Part shown: piece by piece, positions 51,334-64,000 of the stretch
Numbering within the stretch: the first letter of the stretch is position 1
Layout: every line of letters begins with the position of its first letter
Source of the DNA: Mobula hypostoma
Taxonomy: Eukaryota
Length of the DNA: 64,000 nucleotides
Direction of reading: 5' to 3'
Assembly (NCBI RefSeq): GCF_963921235.1
Contig: NC_086107.1
Coordinates: forward strand, 93,002,001-93,066,000
Made by a program: the position numbers and the translations under genes
The notes under the pieces: model-generated
Told to the model about the DNA's origin: nothing
Seen by the model: only the letters and a program-made list of their open reading frames with translations
Database searches by the model: none

Positions 51334-52187
51334 ATACTTTGATAATTAATCTACTTTATCTTTGACTTTATTCATTGACTCTCATGAAGGACAGAGTGCC
51401 ACCATTAAGCCACAAGTGACACTGAAGCTGAATTTCTCCTCTAACTATCCCCACGTTCTTTAGCTGACAGCTTTAAATGTACAGTCTGAGTACACACTTA
51501 GATACCAGGTCCACACAGTGCGATTGATTTAGTTTTGCGATACCCTGTGGATAAAGTTTGACCTTTATAACTGAATGATCCATCTGATAGGAAGTCGATT
51601 GATCAGGCTGTCTTATCAATTAATGGCATCTGGTCGGGGCTGGAGGAAAGGGACGGGCCAGCATTCAGCTCACTGCTCCACGACGTTTACTCGTTTATTC
51701 GTCTCTGTGCTGAACTGAGGCCGTGGCCTGCAACTACCAGGCTCCTGTTTCAGCTGCGATCGGCTTCGTGACTGTGAACTCACTTTCGTGAGCTTCAATT
51801 CTGAATGTTACTTGCTTACTTTTATTGTTTGCACGATTTGTGTTTTTTTCTGCACATTTGCTGCTTGACGATTTTCTTTTTTAATGGATTTTACTGGGTT
51901 TCTTTGTTTTGTGGCTGCCTGCAAGGAGATGAATCTCAGTTTTGTATACAGAATACATATGTCGATAGTAAAAGTACTTTGAGCTTTGAATTTAACAATT
52001 TGGATTATCCTCCCTCATCAGGAGGTCATGACTTTTAATTCTACATTTGGAATTAATTGCCCACAATTTTCCCTTGAACAGAAGAAGCCATTAAGAGTCA
52101 ACTACACTGGTGGGCTGGAGTCAGAGGAAGACCAAACTAGACAAGGAGATGAGAATTCCTTCTTAGGAAGAGTGAAGCAGAAAGGCC

Positions 52188-52710
52188 ACGATGAGGCATC
52201 CCTTAGGTTGGAGGAGCAACACCTCACATTCCGTTCGGGTAGCCTTCAACCTGATGGAATAAATATCCATTGTTCTAACTTCTGGCAATTTCTCCCTCCT
52301 CCTTCTCTCTTTTTCCATTTCCCATTCTGGTTCTCCTCTCACCCCTTGTCTTCTCACCTGCCCATCACCTCCTTTCTGGCTCTCCTCTTTCTCTCTCTCC
52401 CACGGTCCACATTCTTCCTTCTTCAGCCCTTTACCTCTTCCACCTATCACCTCCCAGCTTCTCCGTTCGCCCCTGACACTCCAACAAGCCACCTTCCCTC
52501 TCACTTGGTCTCACCTATCATCCACCAGCTTGAATCCCACCACCCCTCCCTGCACCTTCTTTTTCTGGCTTTTTCCCACTTGCTTTCCAGGGTCTTGGCC
52601 TGAAATGTTGACCGTTTATTCCCCATCGATAGATGCCGCCAGACCTGCTGACTCCCTTCAGCGTTTTGTGTGCATTGATCTGGATGTCCAGCATCTGCAG
52701 AATCTCATGC
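52188..52710 (+). mobile_element. Penelope-like 3' fragment
   Basis: DEASLRLEEQHLTFRSGSLQPDGINI followed by a pyrimidine-rich 3' region. Confidence 0.75.
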
Positions 52711-54459
52711 TTGTGCCTGTACCTTTATTTCTCATTGAATATCATGGTATCTTTCCATGGACTCATAAGATTCATCTCTGTATAAACATAACACCTTACA
52801 ACCTTTTCAGTCCTTCACTTTACAACCCTCAACCACTCCCCCTGCCCCAGTTCTGTCTCCCCTGCTTTTCTCCAAATCTCTCTCTTGGTAAATCAAACAG
52901 AAAACATTCACAAGATTTGCGTAGGATTGAGCTGCACAGGGGGTTGAGCAAGCCAGGACTTCACTCATTACAGTAGGGCAATGGAGGGTGACCTTATGGA
53001 AGTGTTGAAAATGTTGATGGACACAGATAGAGTCACAGAGTCAGAGAGCAACATCAGGCCGACAGGCCCTTCAGCCCATCCTATCCATGCTGACAATGGT
53101 GCCCAGCCAGCTTGTCCTAATTCCCTGTATTCGGCCCATATCTCTCTAAGCTCTGCCCCTCCTTGTGCCTATCCAATCACTTCTCACACCACAAGACCGT
53201 AAGGCATTGGAGCAGAATCAGGCCATTCGGCCCATCGAATCTGCTCCGCCATTTCATCATGGCTGACCCATTTTCCCTCTCAGCCCCAATCTCTTGCCTT
53301 CTCTCCATAGCCTTTCACTCCTTGACTAATCAAGAATCTATCAACCTCTGCCTTAAATATATATAAAAACTTGGCTTCCACAGCTGGCTGTGGCAACAGA
53401 TTCCACAGATTCACCACCCTCTGGCTAAACAAATTCCACCTCATCTTCACTCTACATTGACATCCTTTTATTCTGAGATGTAGGCCATCTAATTCAGGTG
53501 ACTTATCTACCTTCATACCTTTCAACTTCCTAAAGCACATCTGGCACACTGCTAGTGTCTTCCTCAGTGAAGACTGATGCAAAATACTTATTCAGTTTGT
53601 TATATTCTTAAATACTATTGTACCTGCCTCAACCTCTTCCCCTGGCAGCTCGTTCTATATACTCAGCTCCCTCTGCATGAACAAGTTCCTCCTCCAGTAC
53701 CTTTTAAATCTCACCCAAACCTATGCCCCTTGTTCTGGACTCCCCTACCATTGGGAAGACTGTTACCATCACCTTATCTACGCCTCTCATAATTTTTAAG
53801 CATTTCTATATTTCGTCCCTCAATCTGGTCAGCCTCTCTCTTTTTTTTACTGAATCCCTGAGTCCTGGCAACATTCATATAAACCTTTTCTGCACTCCTT
53901 CCACTTTAGCTACATCTTTCCTAGAACAGGGTAACCAAATGGGACACAGGGTGAACGAAGAAAGCCCGACTATAACTGCACAGGTGGTCGGAGAGACAAC
54001 ACCACTGCCAGTACAGAGCTGTTTAAAGTTCAAAGTAAATTTATTATTAAAGTACATACAGTTTCTATAAAAAGCATTCACCGCCGCCCCCCCCACCGGA
54101 AGTTTTCATGTTTTATTGTTTTACAACATTAAATCACAGTGGATTTAATGTGGCTTTTTTGACACTGATCAACAGAGGACAACTGTTTCGTGTCAAAATG
54201 AAGACACATCTCTACAAAGTGATCTAAATTAATTACAGTTGTAAAACATAAAATAAGTTTTCACCCCCCCCCCCGTTCTTTTTTTGCAGCTGAGTGCGGC
54301 TGGGTGGCGGCGGCTGCTGCTGAGGCAAGGGTTCCGGTCCGAGGGGTGACCGAGCGAACTGCTGGGGTGTTGTGGGGGACATTCTGTGGGAATATTGACC
54401 GGCGACCTGGATCGGTCCGGAACGATATTTGTACACGGTCCCTTGCAAACTCTGATAGG

Positions 54460-55631
54460 ATGGCAGGGAGGGAGACTGATGGTGACAGCAATAGCACGGA
54501 GTGTGAGTGGGAAGAGGTAGGGAGAGGGACTAAGAACAGGAAGATGATGGGTTGGAAGAGAAAGAAAGGAGGTGGGTCTAGTGTAGGTGGATTGGAAAGT
54601 GAGGGAAGAGAAGTTGAGGAGAAGGGTCTGAGGGCAAAATTGCTAAATGTAGTGGTAAGATTTGAGGGGGAAGGGGGAGTAAAGAAAATGGATCCACTTA
54701 AGCTGACAAAAATCATCAGAGGGCAAGTAGGGGAAGTGAACCATGCGAGAATTTTGGGAGATGGAAACGTGCTGATAGGATGTAAAACTGAAGAGCAGAT
54801 GGGGAAGGCAATGAAAGTGACTACTGCTGGGAAAGTCAGAGTGTCCAGCATGGTAAGAGTTGGTGCACAAAGGGACAATGGTTGCAAGGGGGTGATCTTC
54901 AGGGTTCCCCTCAGTGTTAATATGAAGGAGCTAGTGGAGAACTTGAGGGTGAGGAATGGTTCAGTGAAGAGTGTGAAAAGAATGACAAGGGGAGCAGAGA
55001 AAAGGGAGACTGAAACCATTCTGGTAGAATTTGAGGATAAGGTGCCTCCAAAGGAGTTATATTTTGGATTTCTAAGATACAGTGTAAAAGAATATATATA
55101 TCAAAACCTATGAGGTGTTTCAATTGCCAGGAGTTTGGGCATGTGGCCAAAGTGTGCGAAGGACAGAGAAGATATGCAAGGTGTGGTGGGGAACATGAAA
55201 ATGGAAAATGTGAAGAGGGAGTGAGACCAAAGTGCTGTAATTGTGGAGGTAACCATAGTGTAGTGTACTGGGGATGTGAAGTGTTGAAAAAGGAGGTGGA
55301 GGTGCAGCAGATAAGGGTGATGGAAAAAGTCTCATATGCTGAGGCAGTCAAGTTGGCAGGACAGAAGAAAATGAATGAGGGAGGGTGCAGCAAAGAGCAA
55401 GCGGCAGCTGAAGAAAGGCAAGATAAGAAGAATGCATGGATAGAGAAGAAATTGGTGACCTTTATAGCAGGAGTGGTAAACGCAACGTATGAGATCAAAT
55501 CTAAAACTGAAAGGATTCAGATTATTGTGAAAGCTGCAGAGCACCATTTGGGTTTGATAGGATTAAAATGGGAAGAAGTAAACGATGAACTCAGGGTACA
55601 GTCAAGTCAAGAGACGGTATGTGTGGGTTGA
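54460..55631 (+). pseudogene. ORF1, gag-like nucleic-acid-binding protein (one frameshift near 55095)
   Basis: Three zinc knuckles: CFNCQEFGHVAKVC, (Y)ARCGGEHENGKC and CCNCGGNHSVVYWGC. SYAEAVK motif. Frameshift at the (AT)n run. Confidence 0.85.
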
Positions 55632-55642
55632 TATTACTAATA

Positions 55643-58600
55643 ATGCTACTTCTTCAATGGAATGCAAGCAGCCTGATTGCTAATGAACAAGATTTCAAGC
55701 AGTTTATAGCTAGTAGGAGAGAAAAGCCAGATATTGTGTGTATCCAGGAGACCTGGTTAAAACCTAATTTGGATTTTGTTTTATATGGTTATATGGCAGT
55801 AAGACAGGAGAGAGAGGGGAGGAGGAGGATGTGCAACTTATGTAAAGCAAGGTATTCCTTATAGAATACTAGGTATAGGAAGTGAACAAGAGTATGTGGT
55901 AGTAAAAGTATGGGCTGTAAGGAAAGAGTTAGTGATTGTGAATTATTATAATCCATGCAAATGACTAGAGTTAAACAAGCTTGAGGAGATAGAGGGGCAG
56001 AATAGTAGTAACGTTGTTTGGTGTGGTGATTTTAATGGACATAATGTATTATGGGGGAGTGACAGAACAGACATCAATGGTTAGGTAATAGAGGAGTTGC
56101 TAGATGAGAAGTATTTAGTGTGCCTAAATGATGGCAGTAGTACTAGAATCGATGTTAATACAGGTAAAGAGTCTGTGCTTGATCTTACATTAGTATCAAA
56201 CTCCATTGCATCAGTGTGTGATTGGTTAGTGTACCAAGAAGGAACTGTAGGGAGTGATCATTACCCAATCTGGTGCAAGATAAATACTTCTGCCTCATTG
56301 GTCACAGAGAATACAGGTGGGAAATGGACCCTTGAGAAAGCCAATTGGGAGAAATTTCTGGAAAAAAGTGATAGATATCTAAGTCAAGTCAGTGATGGAA
56401 TGGACGTAGAAACACTTGACAGCATATTAAAACAAGGTATAATATCAGCTGCATTAGAATCCATTCCTAAAAGTAAAGGAAGAATAAAGAAGAGAATAAT
56501 ACCATGGTGGGATGATAATTGTAAGGAAGCAGTGAGAAATAGAAATAAGGCATTTAAACTGGTTAAAAGAACTCATAACTTCCAACATATGATTCAGTAC
56601 AAACAAGCTCAGGCAGTAATAAGGAGGACAATAAGACATGCTAAAAGGACGCACTGGAGAAAGTATCGTGATTCAACCGGAAACACAACTCAAGTAGGAG
56701 AGGTGTGGGGGATGATAAAAAGGATGGGAGGGGACAGGAGAGACTTGAGGTATCCAGTTCTGGTTGATGGAAATGTGACTGCAGTAACAAATAAGGAAAA
56801 AGCAGAGTTGTTGGCAAACACTTTTGTTATGGTACATAGTTCCGATAATTTGTCTGAGAAGGGAAGAAGAGGTAGAGAGAGAACAAAAGCTGAAAATATA
56901 GAGGCTTTATGTAGGAAAACTAACCTTGACAGTGTACAAGATGTCCCTTTCAGCATGAGAGAATTAAGAAAGGCACTAGATAAAACAGGAAAGACTGCGC
57001 CAGGTAAAGATGAAATATGTTATAGTATTTTAAAACAGGAGTGAAGGAAGTCTGGAGAAACTACTGCTTCTGTATAACAAAGTCTGGGATGAAGGGAGAA
57101 TACCAGGGAGTTGGAAAGAGGCAATAATTATTCCAATAAGGAAACCTGGGAAAGATGCCAGCAGACCAGGAAACTACAGGCCAATTGCCTTGACGTCACA
57201 TGTATGTAAACTTATGGAACGTATGATAAATGAGAGGTTAGTGTACTTCTTGGGAAGTAGAGGTCTGGTGGCTATGTATCAAAGCGGGTTCAGGAAAGGA
57301 AGGAATACTATGGATCCAGTGTTGTGTCTAGAGAATGAAATAAGAAAAGCTCAAGTAAATAAAGAAACAGTGGTTGCAGTTTTTTTGATGTTGAGAAAGC
57401 TTGTGATATGTTATGGAAAGAGGGGCTCCTAATCAAACTACATTTAATGGGAATTGTGGGGGCAATGTTCAATTGGGTTGAGGACTTTTCAAATGGGAGA
57501 ACTACTCAGGTGAAGATAGAATCAGAGCTATCAAGCCAATATGTTGTAGAAAATGGGACACCTCAGGGGAGTGTAGTGAGTCCAACTTTATTCTCCATTT
57601 TGATGAATGATATATTAGTAAATATTCCAACAGAAGTGGGGAGGTCATTGATTGCAGATGACGGGGCTTTGTGGAAAAGAGGGAGAAATATTGAACATAT
57701 AGTTACGAAAATGCAAGATGGAATTAATCATGTTGAAGAGTGGGGGACAAAGTGGGGTGTTAAATTTTCAGTGGAGAAGACAAAAGCCATGTTCTTTACA
57801 AGGAAAAAGCTCAGGGGACTTAATTTAAATCTGTATGGAAGTAACCTGGAGAGAGTTGAAAGTTTTTGGTTTTTGGGAGTGCACTTTGACTTGAGATTAA
57901 CATGGAGAGAACATGTTAGACATGCAATTACTAAATGTAAAAATGTGATAAATGTCATGAGGTATCTTGCTGGATTGGAATAGGGTGCTGATTTTGCATC
58001 ACTGAAGTATATTTATGTAGCATTAATAAGATCAAGATTAGACTATGGAGGTATTGTATACAGGTCAGCAGCAAAATCTGTGCTGGCAGAACTGGATATT
58101 GTGCAAGCTCGGGCTCTAAGGGTGTGCTTGGGAGAGGTTAGAACTTCCCCAGTGTGTGCACTCCAAGTTGAGGCAAATGAAATGCCATTGGGGCTGCGGC
58201 GTAAACAGCTGGAGGCCAATTACTGGATCAATTTAAGGGGGCATGGTGATAGCCATCCTACAAAAAGGGTGTTGCAGACATGCTGGAAGAAGGAGAGGAC
58301 ACAAAAAGAAAGTTTTGGCTGGACAGGAGAGCAAACAGCAAAAGATATGGGTGTATACGATAAAGAGTTTTGTCCAAGTGTGGTGTGGCCTGTCAGACCT
58401 TTCTGGGTCTTAGAAAATCCCTCTGTAGATTTGGAATTGCTTAAGATTAAGCACAGTAATAAGACGGCTGATATACTCAGTGAATATCATAGTTATAGGG
58501 AATGTAAATATAAAGGCATACAGATTTTTACGGATGGATCAAAGGATCCAGAAACAGGTGCAACAGGGTCTGCAATTGTTGTACCAAGTTATCGAGTGGA

Positions 58601-59380
58601 AATTAGCAAGAGAACACCTGATTGCTTGAGTGTATATGCAGTTGAAATGTTTGCCATATTGTTAGCACTAGAATGGAGTGAGCAGGTTGATTGTAATAAT
58701 ATTGTGATACGTAGCGATTCCGTGTCGACCCTTGCAAGCATTAAGGCTGGTACAGCTAGAAGTCACCAGGATCTGCTTTATGAAATCCTGTTTGCAAATT
58801 CAAGACTGGCTAGACAAGGCAAAAATATCTCATTCATGTGGGTTCCAGCACATTCGGGTATTATGGGAAATGAGACAGCAGATAGGCTGGCAAAAGCAGC
58901 AGCAAAATAGGATCTGTAGAGGTCAATATTAAACTATCAAAATCAGAGGGGAAGAGCATAGTGTGGAGAAGGATAAATCAACAGTGGCAGCAGCATTGGG
59001 ATAGAGCAATAAAAGGAAGACATTTACATTCAATTCAGAACAGAGTAGATATGGGAAGAAGTAGGGGAGTAAAGCGGAAGGAGCAAGTAATTATAAGTAG
59101 ACTGAGAATTGAGCACAACAACCTTAATCACACTCTGGCCATCATAAATAAGCATCCAACAGGTTTTTGCGATCTACATCAGGAGACTGAAACAGTAGAG
59201 CATATCCTTATTTCATGCAGGAAATTTGCGCAGGAAAGGCAACAAATGTTACAACAATTACGCAAAATAGGACTGGTAGAGAACAGTGTTAAACGTTTAT
59301 TGGAATATGGGGAGAGTGATCAGGGGAGGAAACGGTCGTTTAGTTTTTTAAGGGCGTTGGGACTGGAAAGACGGCTTTAA
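55643..59380 (+). pseudogene. ORF2: APE endonuclease, reverse transcriptase and RNase H (several stops and frameshifts)
   Basis: LQWNA, CIQETWL, GDFNGH, GSDHYPI; NYRPIALTS, QSGFRKGR, TPQGSVVSP, IADDGALW; FTDGSK, AVEMFAI, RSDSVS, WVPAHSGIMGNETADRLAK; CDLHQETETVEHILISC. Confidence 0.9.
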
Positions 59381-59525
59381 AGTGAATCGACAATGAGGGA
59401 CAATAATTCCTGAAGATGGTAGTAATGCAACAGTGTGGATGCCAACTGCCATAAAATCTCAAAAAAGAAGAATAAAGACGAAGGTCCGAATGCTGGTGAG
59501 TCAGTGTCCTGGTGAAAACTACAGC

Positions 59526-60501
59526 ATGAAGGCAAAAGAACACTCCAAGCAACTCAGAAAAAAAGGTTATTGAAAAGTGCAAGTCACGAGATGGATACGA
59601 GAAAATTTCCATCACTGAATATCCCCTGGGGTACAGTTAAGTCAATCATCAAGAAATGGAAAGAATATGGCACAGCTGTAAATCTGCCTGGAGCAGGCTG
59701 TCCTTAAAAACTGAGTGATCGTGCAAGAAGGGAACTAGTGAGGGAGGCCACCAAGAGACCTATGACAACTCTGGAGGAGTTACAAAACTTCAGTGGCTGA
59801 GATGGGAGAGACTGCACATACAAGAATCGTTGCCCGGGTGCTTCACCAGTTGCAGTTATCGGAGAGTGGCAAAGAGAAAGCCACTGCTGGAAAAAAACTC
59901 ACATGAAATCTCAGATAGAGTTTGCCAGAAGACTGAAGTCAGCTGGAAGAAGGTTCTATGATCTGATAAAACCAAAATTGAGCTTTTTGGCCATCATTCT
60001 CAAAGTAAGCCAAACACCACATGTCATCAAAAGCACACCATCCCTACCGTGAAGCGTGGTGATGGTCGCTTCATGCTGTGGGAACGCTTCACTGCAGCAG
60101 GCCCCAGAAGGCTTATAAAGGTACAGGGTAAAATGAATGCAGCAAAATACAGGGAAAACCTGATGCAGTCTGCAAGAGAATTGTGACTTGGGAGAAGATT
60201 TGTTTTCCAACAAGACAAAATGACTCTCGGCATAAAGACAAAGCTACACAGGAATGGCTTAAAAACAACAAAGTTAATGTCTTGGAGTGGCCAAATAATA
60301 GTCCAGATGACAATCCATTTGAGAATTTGCGGCTGGACTTGAAAAGCTGCTCACTCATGATCCCCATGCAATCTGACAGAGTTTGAGCAGTTTTGTAAAG
60401 AAGGATGGGGAAAAATTGCAATGTCCAGATGTGCAAAGCTGATAAAGACCTATCCACACAGACTCAAGGCTGTAATTACTGCCAAAGGTGCCTCTACTTA
60501 A
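59526..60501 (+). pseudogene. Tc1 DDE transposase, decayed
   Basis: MKAKEHSKQLRKK, SIIKKWKEYG, SDKTKIELFG, PTVKRGDG, FVFQQD, WPNNSPDDNPFENL, AVITAKGAST. Confidence 0.85.
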
Positions 60502-61449
60502 TGGTGACTTGAAGGGGATGAATACTTATGAAATCAATTATTTTGTGTTTTGTATTTGAAATTAATTTTGATCACTTTGACATGAAAGAATCTCTTTCTG
60601 TTGACCAGTGTCAAAAAAACCAAATTAAGTCCCCTGTGATTCAACTTTGTAAAACAATAAAACATGAAAACTTCCAAGGCAAGTGAATACTTTTTATAGG
60701 CACTGTACATGTCACTATATGCTACCCTGAGATTAATTTTCCTGCAGGCATTTACAGTAGAACAAAGAAGCACAATATAATAAATGAAAAACTGCACAGA
60801 AAGACTGACAAACAGCCAATTTACAAAAGAAGATAAATGTACAAATATATAAAAAATTATTATTATAATAAATAAATAATACATTGAGGATATGAGTTGT
60901 AGAGTTCTTGAAAGTGAATCCACAGTTTGGGATATCAGCTCAGTGTTGGGGTGAGTGATGTTATTCACAATAGTTCAGGAGCCTAATGTTTGTAGGGTAA
61001 TAATGGTTCCTGAACCTGATTGTGTGGGAGCTAAGTTTCCTGTACCTCCTACCCAATGGCAGCAGCAAGAAGAGAGCATCATACTCTGCAGAGTATTCCC
61101 AGGTCTTCCTGCTTTTACCCCAGATTTCTAGAGTCTACAGTATTTTGCTTTTGCTGCAAGTTCAGGTTGGTAAATTGGCAAAGTGGTTTATTATTGTCAT
61201 GCCTACCGAGATACGTTCAAGCACACCGTTTTGCATGCCATCCATAGAGGTCACTTCATTACATCAGTTCATTGAGGTCGTACAAGGAAAAACAGAATGC
61301 AGAATAAAGTGCTTCAGGCTGGCCAGGTAAAGTGTGAAAGTTGACTAAGTTTTGGAGATTTGAAGGGACAGGAAGAAAGACTACAAAAAATAACTTTGTG
61401 CAGAGGTCAAGTAGGGAGCTGGAGCTAACCTGGTAATTGCAAGATATTT

Positions 61450-61945
61450 TCAAATGCAGGGTTCACGAGAATGATAGTGGGAATGAAAGGATTATGTATG
61501 AGAAGCGATTGATAGCTCTGGACCTGAACTTCCTGGAGTTTAGAAGAATGGGGGTGGGGAAGATACCACTTAAACCTGTCAAATGTTCAAAAGCTCAGAC
61601 AGAGTGGATATGGAGAGGACGTTTCTTATTGTCTAGGCGCAGAGGGCACAACTTCGGAATACAAGGATGTCCCTTTAAAACAGAGATGAGGAGATATTTC
61701 TTCAGCCAGAAGGTGGTGAATCTGTGGATTTAATTGCCACTAATGGCTGTGGAGTGCAAGTCATTGGGTTTATTTACAGTGGAGGTTGATAGGCTATTGC
61801 TTAGTAAGGGTGTCAAAGGTTACAGGGAGGAAGCATGACAATGGGGTTGAGGGGGACTAATAAATCAACCATGATGGAATGGCACAGCAGACTCAATGGG
61901 CCAAATGGCCTAATTCTGCTCCTATATTTTATGGTCCAATGGCCT
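61450..61945 (+). mobile_element. CR1 3' fragment
   Basis: FKTEMRRYFFSQKVVNLW motif and ctaattctgctcctatattttatggtc tail. Confidence 0.75.
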
Positions 61946-62620
61946 TAATTTAAACCCTCTCATAAAGAGAGAAGTTATGAGATATAAGACAAGGAAAGAT
62001 ACCTAAAAGCAAGAGAATTTGGAATTCATAGAGAAGAATTAAGCCAGATAAACTCAGTCGATGGAAGAACTACAATGGCTGTGGAAAATAGGAAGGAAAG
62101 CATGGAAAATCAGCCTAACTGGTCTCATAATTCGCTCCCATAGTAGTGCGATCACTCGAGTCTAGTATGATAGTCTCCAAAAGGGGTTGTGTATTGGTGG
62201 CTGTAGAGGCTGAACTGAGATCCAAGTAACCAGGATATTAGGGTGAGTTCTCTTAATGGAGAAGGCCTATGCATGACTCTGTTTAACGTGGGGAGGCTGA
62301 AGCACGGGCAGCCACCACATGGTCCTTGACAGATCAGGGTCAGGGTTTAGAGGCATGGAGTGCAAGGTGACTGGGGAACCTTCACCACTGCAGCCTTCCT
62401 CCGCCTTCACTGCCATAGTGATGTGTCATCATCTTCCACGATTTCCACTGCTGAGGTCTTGGTTGGATCGCTCTTTGTCTGGACCGACCCCCTTGACCTT
62501 GCAGGGCCAGGAGCTAGGCACCAGATGGCTAAACTCCAGACAGCATTGCTCACAGGGTAAGCTGACAATCCTCATTTAAAGGATTTATTTAAAGTATTTA
62601 AAGGATTCATTTCACATATA

Positions 62621-63137
62621 CAGTGAGTGGTCACTTTATTAGGTACACCTGTACACCTATTCATTAATGCAAATATCTAATCAGCCAATCATATGGCAGC
62701 AACTCAATGCATAAAAGCATGCAGACATGGTCAAGAAGTTCAGTTGTTGTTCAGACCCAACATCAGAATGAGGAAGAAATGTGATCTGAATGGCTTTGAC
62801 CTTGGAATGGTTGTTGGTGCCAGATGGGGTGGTTTGAGTATATTTGAAACTGCTGATCTCCTAGAATTTTCATGCACAACAGTCTCTGGAGTTTTCAAAG
62901 AATGGTGCAAAAAACAAAGAAATGACAGTTCTGTGGATGAAAACACCTTGGTAATGAGAGGTCAGCCAGAATGGTTCAAGCTAACAGTAACTCAGATTAC
63001 CAGACATTGCAACAGTGGCATGCAGAACAGCATATCTGTATGCGCAACACATTGAACCTTGAAGTGGTTGAGCTGCAGTAGCAGAAGACCACAAACATAT
63101 ACTCAGTGGTCACTTTATTAAGCATAGAAGGTACCTC
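62621..63137 (+). mobile_element. Tc1 internal-deletion derivative
   Basis: TA-cagtgagtggtcactttattaggtacacct start. HTH remnant MRKKCDLNGFDLGMVVGARWGGLSIFETADLL. Confidence 0.8.
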
Positions 63138-64000
63138 TTTTGTATTTAATTGATGCCTCTTTAGAGAGGGCAGGGTTGACAGGTATATCCTCACCAGGAA
63201 TGTACTGCAATGATAAAAAACTACAAGTCTATTTCTTATGTGGCATGTTTGTCCCCAGCAATGATGTTGCTTCTACTTGTAGCTTCATGGAAATATTCTT
63301 CAATGTTAGACAGTGAGCATTGGGAACAGTACTGTAACATTAACACAAAGCCAGTCTCATGATAAATCTTGCATCGACAAACCTTATATTTATTTTTATT
63401 CTCTCTCACTCCTGGTTCATTAAAGAAGAACTATCCTAGTAAACAGAATTTCCGTCTAGCCTTGGATGTATTCATTAATTCTCTTTGCTACAGATGTTGT
63501 ATTATGTTATAGCTCAGAGAGAGCCCATTCAATCCAATGTATCTGTTCCAGCTTACTCAAAGAGCACTCTAGTTAGACTTGCATTGTGTTTTCATTCCAG
63601 CACACACAATTCTCCTTTGAAAACCATCATTTTATCTATTTCCAGCATCAAGGGCCAGGGCTTTCTAAGCTCTAACAACTGGCTGGTGAAATAGTGAACA
63701 GCTAGAGACTTTTCCCAGGGTGCAAATGGCTGATACCACGGGACATAATTTTAAGGTGACTGGAGGAAAGTATAGGGGAATGTTTGAGGGCAGTTTTTTT
63801 ACACAGAGTCAGGGGTGCTTTGAACTCCCTGCCATTAGTGGTGGTACAGGGAGATACATCTAAGAAGCTGTTATGCAGACATATGGATAAAAGAAAAATG
63901 GAGGGCTATCTGGGACGGAAGGGTTAAAGCATAGAACATACAGTAGAATACTACAGCACAGTACAGGTCCTTTGGCCCACAATATTGTGCCGATCTTTTA

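Larger units (their letters stand above)
54276..59480 (+). mobile_element. Apparently full-length Nimb/I-group non-LTR retrotransposon
   Basis: 5' UTR, gag-like ORF1, ORF2 with APE, RT and RNase H, short 3' UTR ending ctgccataaaatctcaaaaaagaagaa. Confidence 0.85.
54059..60705 (+). mobile_element. Tc1-like IR/DR DNA transposon (decayed), split by a Nimb-like LINE
   Basis: TA TSD at 54057-54058 and 60706-60707. ~200-bp TIRs (cagtttctataaaaagcattcac... / ...gtgaatactttttataggcactg). Confidence 0.88.

Noticed and set aside
54261..55498. Long minus-strand ORFs of 252 and 193 aa
   Set aside because: Antisense shadows of the purine-rich Nimb ORF1.
1..64000. CRISPR arrays, operons or prokaryotic defence systems
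   Set aside because: The sequence is vertebrate-like repeat DNA with no regularly spaced repeat-spacer array or gene-dense region.

Overview
AT-rich, repeat-dominated eukaryotic DNA, most likely intronic or intergenic sequence of a cartilaginous fish. The host is inferred from the HER1/CR1-like LINE, V-SINE and Penelope-like repeat mix. No intact, recognisable host protein-coding gene is present, and nearly all listed ORFs are transposon remnants or chance ORFs. Main contents: (1) many 5'-truncated CR1-type LINEs, the longest at 1.6-5.2 kb and 45.9-48.5 kb; (2) an L1-type ORF2 remnant at 27.3-29.3 kb (-); (3) a Penelope-like GIY-YIG element at 37.2-38.9 kb with ~450-bp tail-to-tail arms, a 13-bp TSD and minimal hammerhead-ribozyme motifs; (4) an apparently full-length but decayed Nimb/I-group LINE (gag-like ORF1; APE-RT-RNase H ORF2) at 54.3-59.5 kb, nested in an IR/DR Tc1 transposon that itself sits in a LINE 3' tail; (5) Tc1- and hAT-derived MITEs, bipartite RTE derivatives, tRNA-SINEs and two short solo LTRs. 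The most notable observations are the hammerhead motifs, three different Tc1-family insertions plus an excision-like footprint at the same TA site of one repeat family, and reciprocal CR1/RTE nesting. A few unique islands (6.0, 11.1-11.4, 21.0 and 33.4-33.7 kb) carry enhancer-like or exon-like signals, possibly from a minus-strand host gene. All calls were made by eye, and most repeat boundaries are approximate.
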